Numbered from the stretch's first letter, positions 44,261 through 54,735 are shown. The stretch is DNA of 64,000 bases from Candidatus Neptunichlamydia sp. (GCA_965233865.1 OZ247587.1:1675546-1739545), one strand, 5' to 3'. Notes: generated by a model from the letters alone, not told the origin. Numbers and translations: made by a program.

Positions 44261-45628
44261 ATGTTTGGTGGTATCACAGAAAAATTTCAAAATGTTTTCT
44301 CAGCCTTAGCTTCAAAGAAAAAGTTAACAGATGAGAATATTTCTGATGCGGTGAGAGAGGTCCGCATGGCTCTTCTCGATGCCGATGTGAACTACACTGT
44401 TACAAAAAGCTTCATTAAACGTGTCAAAGAAAAAGCGCTAGGGGAAGAGGTTCTTAAATCTGTTGATGCTGGCGATCTTTTTACAAAAATCGTACATGAT
44501 GAGTTAAAAGCTCTGATGGGAGAAAATGAGGCGGAACTTGATATTGGGCGTTGTCCATCCGTCATCCTAATGTGTGGTCTTCAAGGATCTGGAAAAACTA
44601 CGCAATCTGCAAAACTTGCTCTCTACCTGAAAAAGCAAAATAAGAAAGTCCTCATCGCTGCTTGCGACTTGCAACGTCCTGCCGCTATCGACCAGTTAGA
44701 AACACTTGGTGCTCAAGTTGAAGTTCCTATTTATGCCGATCGAGATCAAAAAAATGCTGTTAAAGTTGCTAAAGCTGCCTTAGAGCGGGCTAAAAAAGAA
44801 GCGTTTGATGTCCTTATTGTCGATACCTCTGGACGCCTTCATGTTGATGAAGAGCTTATGAAAGAGCTGGAAAAGATAAAAGGAGCAGTAGCTCCCCATG
44901 AAATCCTCTTTGTTGCGAACGCATCGACGGGACAAGATGCAGTTAAAACCGCTGCTGATTTCGATAGTCGGATTGCAATCACTGGAACAATTCTCACTAT
45001 GCTTGATGGAAATACGCGTGCTGGAGCTGCAATCTCTATTCGCGAAGTGACAGGTAAGCCTCTCAAGTTTGAAGGGATTGGGGAAAAAGTGACTGATCTC
45101 CAACTTTTTAACCCGCAATCAATGGCTGATCGCATCCTTGGGATGGGAGATGTTATTAATCTTGTCAAGAAAGCTCAAGAGCATGTTGATGAAGAAGAAT
45201 CTTTAAAAATGGAAAAGAAGCTTCGCAAAGCAACATTTACTTTCGATGACTTTCTTAAACAGATGCGCTCCATAAAAAAAATGGGCTCTCTAAAAGGTCT
45301 TCTTTCTATGCTTCCTGGATTTAATAAGATGGGAGGGGACTTTGATATGTCCGATAAAGAGCTCTCAAAGATCGAAGCGATTATCCTCTCAATGACTTTC
45401 AATGAGCGCACTGGTCTAGATGAGCTTTTCCCCTCTCGCCGCCGCCGGGTCGCAAATGGAAGTGGTTCCTCTATTGATGATGTTAACCGGATGATCAAGA
45501 ATTTTAAGCGAATCAAGCAGATGATGAAAAAGATGCCGGGTATGAAAAAGAAGTTCATGAATGACCCGCAGATGAAAGATCAGCTCAGCGCTCTAAAAGG
45601 GCAATCCTCATCACTTTTTCTTAAGTAA
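44261..45628 (+). CDS. ffh: Signal recognition particle protein Ffh
   Basis: N domain, G domain GLQGSGKTT, DTSGRL, TMLDG, and a methionine-rich M domain. Confidence 0.95.
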   Translation: MFGGITEKFQNVFSALASKKKLTDENISDAVREVRMALLDADVNYTVTKSFIKRVKEKALGEEVLKSVDAGDLFTKIVHDELKALMGENEAELDIGRCPSVILMCGLQGSGKTTQSAKLALYLKKQNKKVLIAACDLQRPAAIDQLETLGAQVEVPIYADRDQKNAVKVAKAALERAKKEAFDVLIVDTSGRLHVDEELMKELEKIKGAVAPHEILFVANASTGQDAVKTAADFDSRIAITGTILTMLDGNTRAGAAISIREVTGKPLKFEGIGEKVTDLQLFNPQSMADRILGMGDVINLVKKAQEHVDEEESLKMEKKLRKATFTFDDFLKQMRSIKKMGSLKGLLSMLPGFNKMGGDFDMSDKELSKIEAIILSMTFNERTGLDELFPSRRRRVANGSGSSIDDVNRMIKNFKRIKQMMKKMPGMKKKFMNDPQMKDQLSALKGQSSSLFLK

Positions 45629-46153
45629 TCCCATTGATGACAACTTTCTGCTCTCTTAGATTTTTTTGAAGTCGTCTGCTTAGCATGACTTTTTATTATA
45701 AGAAATTCAAAGAGAATGGTATTAGTTTTGTTTAATCTTCCTGGGGATTTTTGAGTAATAGCCCTTTCACAAAGTAGGAAAGGGTTATCTCCCGACTGCT
45801 ATACTTACGATCTGTCAGTTTTTTTGTAATGGAATTTGGGTATCCAGGAAAATAGCGCGAAATACTCATAGGTTTCCTCTTTTGATGAATTCAAGGGGCG
45901 CGATACGGAAAATAGAGAAATAAGCAAACATTTTTTTATTGATTATGAGTATTTGTATATTTCATTTTTCTATGAATTGACATCAAATCTCATCCTGGAT
46001 CAGTCGTTTTTTTGTTCTATATTTTTTCAGAAACTGAATGAATTTTTTGATAAAATTAGAAATTAGAAGGGTTGCGGTGGTTTTTAATACCATTTTTTTC
46101 GAGCATGGTTTATGATGGGCAGTCTTACAATTTGTGAATTGGAGTTTACATAG

Positions 46154-46474
46154 ATGGCACTAAAGATTCGCCTAAGACAACAGGGCCGAACCAATAGATT
46201 GACTTATCGCTTAGTTGTTGCAGATGCTCGTTCCCCTAGAGATGGGAAATACGTTGAAAATCTCGGACATTATGATCCTCATCATGAAGAGGGTAAAGAT
46301 GCTGTAGTCAAAGAAGATCGCATCCAGTTTTGGGTTGATAATGGAGCTGAGCTGAGTGAAAAAGCATATGCTTTAATTGCTCGAAAAGCTCCTGAAGTGA
46401 TCAAAAGCATTCGTAATCGAGAGCTTGCTAAAGTGAAAAAGCGTAGCGAAAAGCGCAAAGCGAAAAAGAAGTAA
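46154..46474 (+). CDS. rpsP: 30S ribosomal protein S16
   Basis: MALKIRLRQQGRTNRLTYRLVVADARSPRDGKYVENLGHYDP. Confidence 0.95.
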   Translation: MALKIRLRQQGRTNRLTYRLVVADARSPRDGKYVENLGHYDPHHEEGKDAVVKEDRIQFWVDNGAELSEKAYALIARKAPEVIKSIRNRELAKVKKRSEKRKAKKK

Positions 46475-46482
46475 TTTTTTCG

Positions 46483-47151
46483 ATGCGCTACGATATTTTA
46501 TCCCTCTTTCCGGAGTATTTTGAGGGTCCCTTTGATGTCAGTATGATTAACAGAGGGCGGAAAAAAGGGCTGCTGGAAATTAACCTTGTGAATATGAGGG
46601 ATTTTTCTTCAGGAAGATATCAGCAAATCGATGATCGTCCGTATGGCGGTGGACCAGGGATGGTCCTAATGGCAGAACCTGTCATAAAGGCCGTGCGAAG
46701 TGTTAAGAAAGAAAATTCCTATGTGGTCTATCTGACCCCTCAGGGAAAACCTCTCACCGCTAAACGGTGTGGGGAACTGGCCAAAAAAACACATTTGATT
46801 GTTGTATGTGGCCATTATGAGGGGATCGATGAGCGTGTTATTGAGAGCGAAATCGATGAAGAGATTAGCATTGGGGATTACGTGCTTACAAGTGGCGCCC
46901 CGGCTGCCATTGTTTTGGTTGATAGTGTCTCCCGCTTTATTCCGGGAGTGATTGGAAACGAAGAAGCAACGCAGCAAGACTCTTTTGAAAATGGAATGTT
47001 TGATTGTCCGGTTTATACCCGGCCTCCTATTTTTGAAGGAAGAGAGGTTCCTGAGGTTTTAAAAAACGGGAATCATGCTGAGATTAAGGCTTGGCGAGAA
47101 ACGCAGGCACAAGAGAAAACAGAGCGGGTTCGACCCGACCTAAGAAACTAG
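46483..47151 (+). CDS. trmD: tRNA (guanine37-N1)-methyltransferase
   Basis: ILSLFPEYF, DDRPYGGGPGMV, CGHYEGIDERV, SIGDYVLTSG. Confidence 0.95.
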   Translation: MRYDILSLFPEYFEGPFDVSMINRGRKKGLLEINLVNMRDFSSGRYQQIDDRPYGGGPGMVLMAEPVIKAVRSVKKENSYVVYLTPQGKPLTAKRCGELAKKTHLIVVCGHYEGIDERVIESEIDEEISIGDYVLTSGAPAAIVLVDSVSRFIPGVIGNEEATQQDSFENGMFDCPVYTRPPIFEGREVPEVLKNGNHAEIKAWRETQAQEKTERVRPDLRN

Positions 47152-47176
47152 AATATCTAATTAGGAGAAATGAATC

Positions 47177-47617
47177 ATGAGCCGCGATGCGCTACTTGAG
47201 GAAATTGAAGCTAGTCAACTTAAGGCAGACATCCCCCACTTTAATGTCGGCGACACGATCAAAGTTCACATCCGTATTATCGAAGGAGAAAAAGAAAGAA
47301 TCCAGGTTTTTTCTGGAACTGTCATTGCTCGAAAAGGCTCGGGCATTTCTGAAACTTTTTCGATGTACCGAGTGGCTTACGGCGCTGGAATGGAGCGGGT
47401 ATTTCCACTGCATAGCCCCCGAATTGCCAAGATCGAAGTCGTTCGATTAGGAAAAGTAAGACGAGCAAAACTTTATTACCTCCGCGGAACCGCTGGAAAA
47501 GCAGCGAAGGTTAAGGAGAAAATTGGGCGGAAAAAGGACAAAAAAGGTCCAGCTCTTGTAGAAGATCCTGCACCTCCAAAGGTAGAGACAAAGGCTGAGG
47601 CTCCTAAATCGGAGTAG
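47177..47617 (+). CDS. rplS: 50S ribosomal protein L19 (with acidic/basic C-terminal extension)
   Basis: [33 protein letters not shown]...[23 protein letters not shown]. Confidence 0.95.
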   Translation: MSRDALLEEIEASQLKADIPHFNVGDTIKVHIRIIEGEKERIQVFSGTVIARKGSGISETFSMYRVAYGAGMERVFPLHSPRIAKIEVVRLGKVRRAKLYYLRGTAGKAAKVKEKIGRKKDKKGPALVEDPAPPKVETKAEAPKSE

Positions 47618-47619
47618 AG

Positions 47620-48267
47620 TTGAACGATCAAACCTTTTTTGAAGAGGGCGCCTACAATGCTGGGCACCGGCTGATTGCAGGTGTAGATGAAGCAGGGCGA
47701 GGTCCTCTTGCTGGCCCCGTTGTTGCTGCTGCTTGTATTCTTCCTAGAGGACTTCAGATTAAGGGAATTGATGATAGTAAAAAACTCACTTCAGAGAAAC
47801 GAGAGGAGCTTTATCACGCTCTCACCACTCATCCTGACATCTACTATGGCATTGGAGTTCTTAAAAGCGTAGTCATTGATAAGATCAACATCTTGCAAGC
47901 TGCTCTTGGCGCTATGGCACTAGCTGTGGATGCGCTCAGCGTTGAGCCCGATTATCTCCTCATTGATGGCAATCACCTTCCTCCGACACATATTGCAGCT
48001 AAAGCGGTAATTAAGGGGGATGGCCGTTCACTAAGTATTGGAGCAGCTTCGATCATTGCTAAGCATCATCGGGATATTTTGATGAAGCAGTTCCATGAGA
48101 AGTATCCTCATTACGGATTTGATCGTCACAAAGGATATGGAACAAAGGGGCATGTGGAAGCCCTTAGAGCTTATGGCCCTTGCCCGATTCATCGAACTTC
48201 TTTTGAGCCGGTGCGGTCCTTGACTTGCAGCGGTGAATCAGTTATAAAACCTTCACAACCAAAGTAG
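47620..48267 (+). CDS. rnhB: Ribonuclease HII
   Basis: AGVDEAGRGPLAGPVVAAA, IDDSKKL, ASIIAK, GYG...H. TTG start. Confidence 0.9.
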   Translation: MNDQTFFEEGAYNAGHRLIAGVDEAGRGPLAGPVVAAACILPRGLQIKGIDDSKKLTSEKREELYHALTTHPDIYYGIGVLKSVVIDKINILQAALGAMALAVDALSVEPDYLLIDGNHLPPTHIAAKAVIKGDGRSLSIGAASIIAKHHRDILMKQFHEKYPHYGFDRHKGYGTKGHVEALRAYGPCPIHRTSFEPVRSLTCSGESVIKPSQPK

Positions 48268-48277
48268 GATTTTCTCT

Positions 48278-49159
48278 ATGGCGCGTAGCATGACAGCCTA
48301 TGGACGGTCTCACCTTAAAACTGGAGTGGGACATTTTATTATCGAAATTCATTCGGTAAACCGAAAAAGTTTAGATATCCACTCGAACATTCCAAAAGAA
48401 CTTCTTTGCTTGGATATGAAACTCAGGAAGCATTTGGGTGAAGAAGTAAAGCGGGGCAATGTTACCATCCGGATTACGAAGGATAGTGGTCAAGGGGACT
48501 CTTCCGAAGCTCCCAACCTAGGGGTGATGAAGGCGATCCATAAAGAGTGGATGGAGTGTGCGTTGGGGCTTGGCTATAAAAAGGAAGAAGCCATTCCCTT
48601 CTCCTCGTTGATGCAATTTGTGATGACCTCTTCTCCTTCAATTCAAAGGGTTGATAAAATTTTTGAAAATGAGTTGATGCTAGGGTTTGATGAAGCCATG
48701 GTTGCTTTTATTGCGATGAAAGAAACAGAGGGGAATTCTCTTAAAGAAGATATTCTTCCACGCCTTTGCCAGGTTGCAGAAGATATCGACAAGGTGAAAA
48801 AGCTTACAAAAGAAGCTCCAAAGCGGTTTTATGAACGTTTGGAAAAAAAACTTGAAGAGATCAAGATGAATCATGAAGGGGATAAGGATCGCCTGGCCAG
48901 AGAGCTCGTTATTTTTGCGGATAAGGTAGATATTACTGAAGAAATTACGCGCCTTGCTTCTCATATCAAACAGTTCCACAATATCTTAAATGAAGATAAG
49001 CGGAGGGTAGGACGGGAGCTAGACTTTCTCACACAAGAGATGAATCGCGAGGTGAATACTATCACAGCAAAATCGCAGGAGCTTGGAATTACCCAGTTGA
49101 TTTTGTCAATAAAAAGTGAACTCGAAAAGATCCGAGAGCAATTGCAGAATATTGAATGA
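48278..49159 (+). CDS. YicC-family stress-induced protein
   Basis: MTAYGRS N-terminus. C-terminal ADKVDITEEITRLASHI and GRELDFLTQEMNREVNTI motifs. Confidence 0.8.
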   Translation: MARSMTAYGRSHLKTGVGHFIIEIHSVNRKSLDIHSNIPKELLCLDMKLRKHLGEEVKRGNVTIRITKDSGQGDSSEAPNLGVMKAIHKEWMECALGLGYKKEEAIPFSSLMQFVMTSSPSIQRVDKIFENELMLGFDEAMVAFIAMKETEGNSLKEDILPRLCQVAEDIDKVKKLTKEAPKRFYERLEKKLEEIKMNHEGDKDRLARELVIFADKVDITEEITRLASHIKQFHNILNEDKRRVGRELDFLTQEMNREVNTITAKSQELGITQLILSIKSELEKIREQLQNIE

Positions 49160-49743
49160 AAAAGAAAGGCGAACTAATTATTGTAAGTGCTCCAGCAGGA
49201 ACAGGGAAAACCACCCTTGTTCACATGTTGAAGAAAGAATACCCTGAAGAAGTGGTTCAAAGTATTTCGTGCACGACTCGAAAACCCCGCCCTGGGGAAA
49301 TCGATGGAAAAGATTATGTCTTTCTGACTAATGAAGCGTTTGAGAAGCGAGTAAATAAGGGAGATTTTCTGGAATATGCGACGGTATTTGGGCATCGGTA
49401 CGGAACCTTAAAAAAACTTATTGAGGCGCAATGCGCGGTTGGAAAGCACGTCATTTTGGTGATCGATACTCAAGGAGCAATAGAGCTTAAGAAAAAAACA
49501 AAAGCCATTTATATTTTTATTGAACCGCCTTCAATAGAAATCCTTGAAGAGAGATTAAAAAATCGCAGAACTGAGTCGCCTGAAACTCTCAAAAAACGGC
49601 TGAAATGGGCCCAATATGAGATGGATCAGGCAAAACATTATGACTATACGATCGTTAATGACGATTTAGAAACTGCCTATGAGGCGTTAAAGAGTATTAT
49701 AGTAGCCAAGAATTACGAAGGAGGAAATCATGGCACAAGATGA
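49156..49743 (+). CDS. gmk: Guanylate kinase
   Basis: SAPAGTGKTT P-loop, TTRKPRPGEIDGKDYVF, EYATVFGHRYGT. Confidence 0.9.
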   Translation: MKKKGELIIVSAPAGTGKTTLVHMLKKEYPEEVVQSISCTTRKPRPGEIDGKDYVFLTNEAFEKRVNKGDFLEYATVFGHRYGTLKKLIEAQCAVGKHVILVIDTQGAIELKKKTKAIYIFIEPPSIEILEERLKNRRTESPETLKKRLKWAQYEMDQAKHYDYTIVNDDLETAYEALKSIIVAKNYEGGNHGTR

Positions 49744-49912
49744 ATTAACAAAAGAAAGTTATACCACCCTATTCTCAAATAATTTTGAGTTGACACACCA
49801 CGCTATCGATGTGGCGCAGAGACAAATCCAAAGTGGAAATGAAGATCTTAATGTGACACAGATGCTCAAAGAGATCCGTAAAAATCCGCCGAAACGAGAA
49901 GAACAAGAGTGA
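49730..49912 (+). CDS. Small protein in the rpoZ position (possible RNA polymerase omega subunit)
   Basis: 60 aa. It overlaps the gmk stop and the metG start. NNFELTHHAIDVAQRQIQ loosely resembles the omega NRFELV..AA.RARQL core. gmk-rpoZ adjacency is widely conserved. Confidence 0.4.
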   Translation: MAQDELTKESYTTLFSNNFELTHHAIDVAQRQIQSGNEDLNVTQMLKEIRKNPPKREEQE

Positions 49913-51915
49913 AGAAAGTTCTGATAACGGCAGCACTTCCTTATGCAAATGGGCCACTACATTTTGGTCATATTGCTGGGGCATATTTGCCCGCGGATTG
50001 CTATGCTCGTTTTCAGAGACTTCTAGGTCATGACGTTCTCTATATCTGTGGTTCTGATGAACACGGGGTGGCGATCACCTTGAGTGCTGAAGTGGCTGGA
50101 CGCACCCCTAAAGAGCATGTTGATCATTTCCACCTGGTTCTTTCTGGCTTTTTCAAGCAGATGAACATTAGTTTTGATCACTATTCACGGACTACATGGA
50201 AAGGGCACGTAGAACCTACTCAAACCTATTTCAAGCAGCTCCATAAAAATGGATATATTGAAGAGAAGGTTACCGACCAGCTTTACTCCGAAAAGGATAA
50301 GCGATTTTTAGCAGATCGGTATGTTCAGGGAACGTGTCCTAAATGTGGATTTGAAGAGGCAAGAGGAGATGAGTGCCCTAAATGTGCTTCGAGTTATGAG
50401 GCAACTGATCTTAAGGATCCTTGCTCAAAAATTACTGGCGCCCCACTCATTCTAAAACCGACAAAGCACTGGTTTCTTCGGTTTGATCTGTTCAAAGATG
50501 AGCTTTCAAAGTGGATCAAGAAAAAACATTGGAAATCCAATGTAATGAATTTTGCCCAGAACTATATCGATGATTTAAAACCTCGGGCGATTACCCGTGA
50601 CTCAAATTGGGGGATTCCTATTCCCCTTGAAGGAACTGAAGGAAAGGTTCTTTACGTTTGGTTTGACGCACCCATTGGGTATATTTCAGCAACAAAAGAG
50701 TGGGCTGAGAAGAAGGGAAAGCCCGAAGCATGGAAGCAGTACTGGTGCGATGAAAAGACAAAGCTGGTCAATTTTGTTGGGAAGGATAACATTCCATTTC
50801 ATGCGATCTTTTTTCCAGCGATGACCATGGGACAAGACGAACCCTACAAAATTGTGGATGAGCTTCCTGCAAATGAGTTTTACAATCTTGAGGGGAAGCA
50901 ATTTAGTAAATCGGCCGGTTGGTCTATTGACTTAGAGGAGTTTTTTAAACATTTTTCTTCCGATCAGATTCGATATGCCATTGCTGCAAATGCTCCTGAA
51001 ACACAAGATAGTGAGTTTTCTTGGAAGGACTTTCAAATGCGCTGCAATAGAGAGCTTTTGGGAAAATATGGGAACCTTGTGAACCGCGTTCTTGTTTTTA
51101 CTCAAAGCAAGTGCGAAGGTGTAATGCCTTTTTTTGGAAACTTGAAGCATGATGATGAACATTTTCTTGAAAAAGTTGAAGAGCTCTCGAAAAAGATCCA
51201 TCAGGCTTATGGTCACTATCATTTGCGAAAAGCGACTCAGCTTATTATGGAATTTGTGCAAGAAGGGAACGTTTACTTCGACCATAAACAGCCTTGGAAG
51301 GATAGTAAAGGTGGTCAAAGCACGACGATTGCTTGCTGTTTGCTTGCTTTGAATACGCTGGCTCTTGTCTCTTTTCCTATTATTCCTGAAACTGCTGAAA
51401 AACTTTGGTATCTTTTAGGCAATGAAGAGTTATTAAAAGATCAAACTTGGAACGGCGTCTTAGAGACGGGTATTCCACCACATCGCACCTTTCCGAAGCC
51501 GGAAGTGCTCTTTTCTAAAGTAGAGGACAATGTGATTGAAAAACAACTTGAAGATCTAAAAAATGCTCTAAAGTCTGCTGGAGATTTGAAAGATTCGGTC
51601 ACCTTTGATGCTTTCCAAAAGCTCGATATCCGGGTGGCTCAGATCCTTTCTGTGACTGAAATTCCGAAGAGTGATAAGCTCTATAAGATTGAGTTAGACC
51701 TTGGATTTGAGCGTCGGACAGTTGTCTCGGGGATCCGAAAGCAGTATCCTGACCCAGAGATCCTGATAGGGAAAAAAGTTGCCCTTGTGGCGAACCTAAA
51801 ACCAGCAAAATTAATGGGAGTCGAAAGCCAAGGGATGATCCTAGCAGCAGGAGAGTCTAAATCACTGGAAGTGATAGGAATACAAGAATCTCCCTTAGGA
51901 AGTCCAATAACTTAA
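49909..51915 (+). CDS. metG: Methionine--tRNA ligase with C-terminal tRNA-binding domain
   Basis: ALPYANGPLHFGHIAG (HIGH), Zn knuckles CPKCG...CPKC, QFSKSAG (KMSKS), C-terminal Trbp111-like domain. GTG start. Confidence 0.95.
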   Translation: MKKVLITAALPYANGPLHFGHIAGAYLPADCYARFQRLLGHDVLYICGSDEHGVAITLSAEVAGRTPKEHVDHFHLVLSGFFKQMNISFDHYSRTTWKGHVEPTQTYFKQLHKNGYIEEKVTDQLYSEKDKRFLADRYVQGTCPKCGFEEARGDECPKCASSYEATDLKDPCSKITGAPLILKPTKHWFLRFDLFKDELSKWIKKKHWKSNVMNFAQNYIDDLKPRAITRDSNWGIPIPLEGTEGKVLYVWFDAPIGYISATKEWAEKKGKPEAWKQYWCDEKTKLVNFVGKDNIPFHAIFFPAMTMGQDEPYKIVDELPANEFYNLEGKQFSKSAGWSIDLEEFFKHFSSDQIRYAIAANAPETQDSEFSWKDFQMRCNRELLGKYGNLVNRVLVFTQSKCEGVMPFFGNLKHDDEHFLEKVEELSKKIHQAYGHYHLRKATQLIMEFVQEGNVYFDHKQPWKDSKGGQSTTIACCLLALNTLALVSFPIIPETAEKLWYLLGNEELLKDQTWNGVLETGIPPHRTFPKPEVLFSKVEDNVIEKQLEDLKNALKSAGDLKDSVTFDAFQKLDIRVAQILSVTEIPKSDKLYKIELDLGFERRTVVSGIRKQYPDPEILIGKKVALVANLKPAKLMGVESQGMILAAGESKSLEVIGIQESPLGSPIT

Positions 51916-51991
51916 CTTGTGTTTTAGCATCGGTTGCAATGTGAAGCTTGATCCATTTTCTTCGCTTTGATACTATAGCTATATAATTTAG

Positions 51992-52306
51992 TTATAGGCA
52001 ATATTCCTTAAAAAGTTTATCAATTCCACATTGATATTTTCTTCGTTTAGATTTTGCTTGTGCCCATTTATGCTCAATAGGATTTAAATCTAGAGAATAT
52101 GGGGGAAGATATTCCAAGATGTGGCCTACAGCTTCGATCTTTTCTTGCATAGATTTGCTTTTATGAAACGATGCATTATCCATAACCAAAACGCTTTCAG
52201 AAGGAAGTTTCGGCATCAAATCTTGCTCTGCCCAACTGCTAAAGGCATCTGTATTAATATTACAATCAAACAGTGATTTTGCAAAAAATTGCAAAATCAG
52301 GAGCAA
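51992..52306 (-). pseudogene. IS630-family transposase, C-terminal half only
   Basis: VLVMDNASFHKS and LEYLPPYSLDLNPIEHKW (the DDE third-acidic-residue motif region). The N-terminal DNA-binding half and the first catalytic Asp are absent. Confidence 0.75.
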
Positions 52307-52456
52307 AAAGGGGGAGCTAAGGTGATTTAGAGATAAATTAGGATGGAAAAGGCAGGTAGTCGTTCATTCAGCGGTAAACGTTCATTTTCTCAACAACTCC
52401 TTTAGCTATATTCCAAAGATACATTTTTCTAGAGTGTTGAGCTTTGAAAAGATACT

Positions 52457-54646
52457 TTAGATAGATGTAAGGATTTCTTGTTTATCTTTAGCAAGGGAGT
52501 CTTCGAGAAAATGTTGAAGGCCCGTGTAACGGGTCTTCACATTATCGGTCTTGACTGCGATAGCTAATGCTTTTTTTGTGCCTAGGAGGATGACGAGTTT
52601 TTTGCCGCGGGTGATCCCTGTATAGAGGAGATTACGGAAAAGGAGCTTGAAGTGTGAGGTGTGAACGGGAATAATGACACAGGGGCATTCACTTCCTTGA
52701 TATTTGTGGATCGAGACGGCATAGGCAAGCATAAGCTCATCGATATCGCAGAAATCGTATTGCACATCTTTTCCTTCGAAGGTCACGGTGAGTTCTTGCT
52801 CTTCCATGTTAATCGCTGTAATGCGACCAACATCGCCGTTATAGACTTTTTTATCGTAGTTATTCCGAATTTGCATCACTTTGTCGTGGATGTTAAAGTG
52901 GCGACCCAATCGAACAAGATGCAGGGATTGAGGATTCAATCTCTGTTGAAGCGCATGGTTAAGATTGTCTGTTCCAATGATCCCTTTTTTCATTGGAGAG
53001 AGGACCTGGATATCATCAATGGGATTGAGGGGGAACTTTTCGGGGATATGATGCTCAATAAGCTGGATTATTTTTTCGAGAATTTCATCAGGAGATTCGA
53101 CGTTAAAAAAGACAAAATCGCTCCCTTGTTCATGCTCAGTTTCAGGAAAGTAGCCTGCATTAATCCGGTGGGCATTGGCAACGATGCGAGATCCTTTTCC
53201 TTGGCGAAAGATCCACTTGAGGCGAGAGACAGGGAGCGTTTCAGAATAGATCATATCCTTCAAAACAGTTCCTGCTCCAACGCTTGGGAGCTGATCGATG
53301 TCGCCAATAAAAATAAGTCGAGTTTCATCGGGAATTGCTTTTAGGAGGCTATACATTAAGAGGGTGTCGATCATGCTTGCTTCATCAATGATGATGAGTC
53401 GAGAAGTCAGAGGGTTATCGCGATTTTTTTTGAAACCTCCTCCATTGAAGTCAAATTCTAGAAGACTATGAATCGTGAAGGCTTTTTTACCTGTGATTTC
53501 ACTCATCCGTTTTGCGGCGCGTCCAGTGGGAGCGGCGAGAGTGATTTTGTCGGTCACTTTAGAAGTAATCGAAAGGATGGCTCGGGTGATTGTGCTCTTT
53601 CCTGTCCCAGGTCCCCCTGTAACGATATGGATTTTTTCTTCGAGGCTTTTTTCAATCGCCAGTTTTTGTGCTTTAGCAAAGCGGATCCGGTGTGTTTCTT
53701 GCGCCCAGTCGACTGCTTTGTCAAGCGTAACGGTGCGGATTTTGCAAGGGGCTTTATAGATCCTTTGGAGTTCTCGTGCGATACCCCACTCTGCATTATA
53801 TAAAGGGCGGACCCAGATATGGGGTTTACCATTCAAGGTGTCTTCTATGATGTGACCTTCCATCTCAAGAGCACCGATCTGCTCAGCAATAAGTAATCCA
53901 TCGACTTCGAGAATCTTTTCTGCTTCGGGGATGAAGGCTTCTTTTAAGTAACAGACGTTTCCGTCATTGCTTAGCTCCCAAAGAACATGTTCAATGCCTG
54001 CTTTAATCCGAAGAGGGGAATCTTTGGTAATGCCGAGGTTTTGGGCAAGCTCATCAGCTGTTTTAAAGCCAACGCCGTAGATTTCTTTCGCAAGAATGTA
54101 AGGATTTTCCTTTACCTTTTCAATACTCTCTTCGCCATATTTCTTAAAAATCTTTTGCGCAAAAGAGGGGCGGACTTGGTGGGTCTGCAAAAAAATCATT
54201 ACATTGCGGATGGATTTTTGTTCGCTCCAACAGTCCTCAATTTTTTTGATTCTTTTGGCCCCGATTCCAGGGACTTCGGTGAGTCTGTGAGGGTGTTTAT
54301 CGATGATTTCAAGGGTTTTGACTCCAAAGGTTTCAACAATGCGCTTGGCATAAACGGGTCCAACCCCTTTGACCATCCCTGACTCTAAATATTTCTGAAT
54401 TCCCAACACATCAACGGGAGCTGTTAGCTCGAAGTTTTGCACTTCAAATTGCCTGCCATGACGGGTATGATGTTTCCAAATACCGCGGCAATGAAGGGTT
54501 TCTCCAGGGCTGATCCCTGGCATCGAACCGACGATAGTGATTAGATCTTTTTGTTTGGGCGTCTTAAGTCGTGCCACGGTGAAACCCGTTTCTTCACTTG
54601 CAAAAACGATGGTGTCGATATATCCACTGAGTTGATCCATAGCCAA
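52457..54646 (-). CDS. recD2: RecD2-type SF1 ATP-dependent DNA helicase
   Basis: N-terminal HhH region, VTGGPGTGKST Walker A, LIIIDEASM Walker B, IFIGDIDQLPSVG, AVSIHKYQGSE. 729 aa. Confidence 0.85.
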   Translation of the reverse strand: MAMDQLSGYIDTIVFASEETGFTVARLKTPKQKDLITIVGSMPGISPGETLHCRGIWKHHTRHGRQFEVQNFELTAPVDVLGIQKYLESGMVKGVGPVYAKRIVETFGVKTLEIIDKHPHRLTEVPGIGAKRIKKIEDCWSEQKSIRNVMIFLQTHQVRPSFAQKIFKKYGEESIEKVKENPYILAKEIYGVGFKTADELAQNLGITKDSPLRIKAGIEHVLWELSNDGNVCYLKEAFIPEAEKILEVDGLLIAEQIGALEMEGHIIEDTLNGKPHIWVRPLYNAEWGIARELQRIYKAPCKIRTVTLDKAVDWAQETHRIRFAKAQKLAIEKSLEEKIHIVTGGPGTGKSTITRAILSITSKVTDKITLAAPTGRAAKRMSEITGKKAFTIHSLLEFDFNGGGFKKNRDNPLTSRLIIIDEASMIDTLLMYSLLKAIPDETRLIFIGDIDQLPSVGAGTVLKDMIYSETLPVSRLKWIFRQGKGSRIVANAHRINAGYFPETEHEQGSDFVFFNVESPDEILEKIIQLIEHHIPEKFPLNPIDDIQVLSPMKKGIIGTDNLNHALQQRLNPQSLHLVRLGRHFNIHDKVMQIRNNYDKKVYNGDVGRITAINMEEQELTVTFEGKDVQYDFCDIDELMLAYAVSIHKYQGSECPCVIIPVHTSHFKLLFRNLLYTGITRGKKLVILLGTKKALAIAVKTDNVKTRYTGLQHFLEDSLAKDKQEILTSI

Positions 54647-54735
54647 ACATCTTAACCGAACTGATCCAGTTTGAATACAAAAATTTTAGACCCCTTGATC
54701 TAAAATCTTGAAGAGGTTATGATAATCGTCTCTGT

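Noticed and set aside
43527-45558. Minus-strand ORFs of 135, 112, 109 and 127 aa
   Set aside because: They are antisense to prmC and ffh. They are Ser/Arg-rich shadow translations of strongly supported genes.
52661-53344. 227-aa ORF on the plus strand, plus the ORFs at 53468-53803, 53475-53759 and 53987-54382
   Set aside because: All are antisense shadows inside the well-supported recD2 helicase gene. They have low-complexity, motif-free translations.
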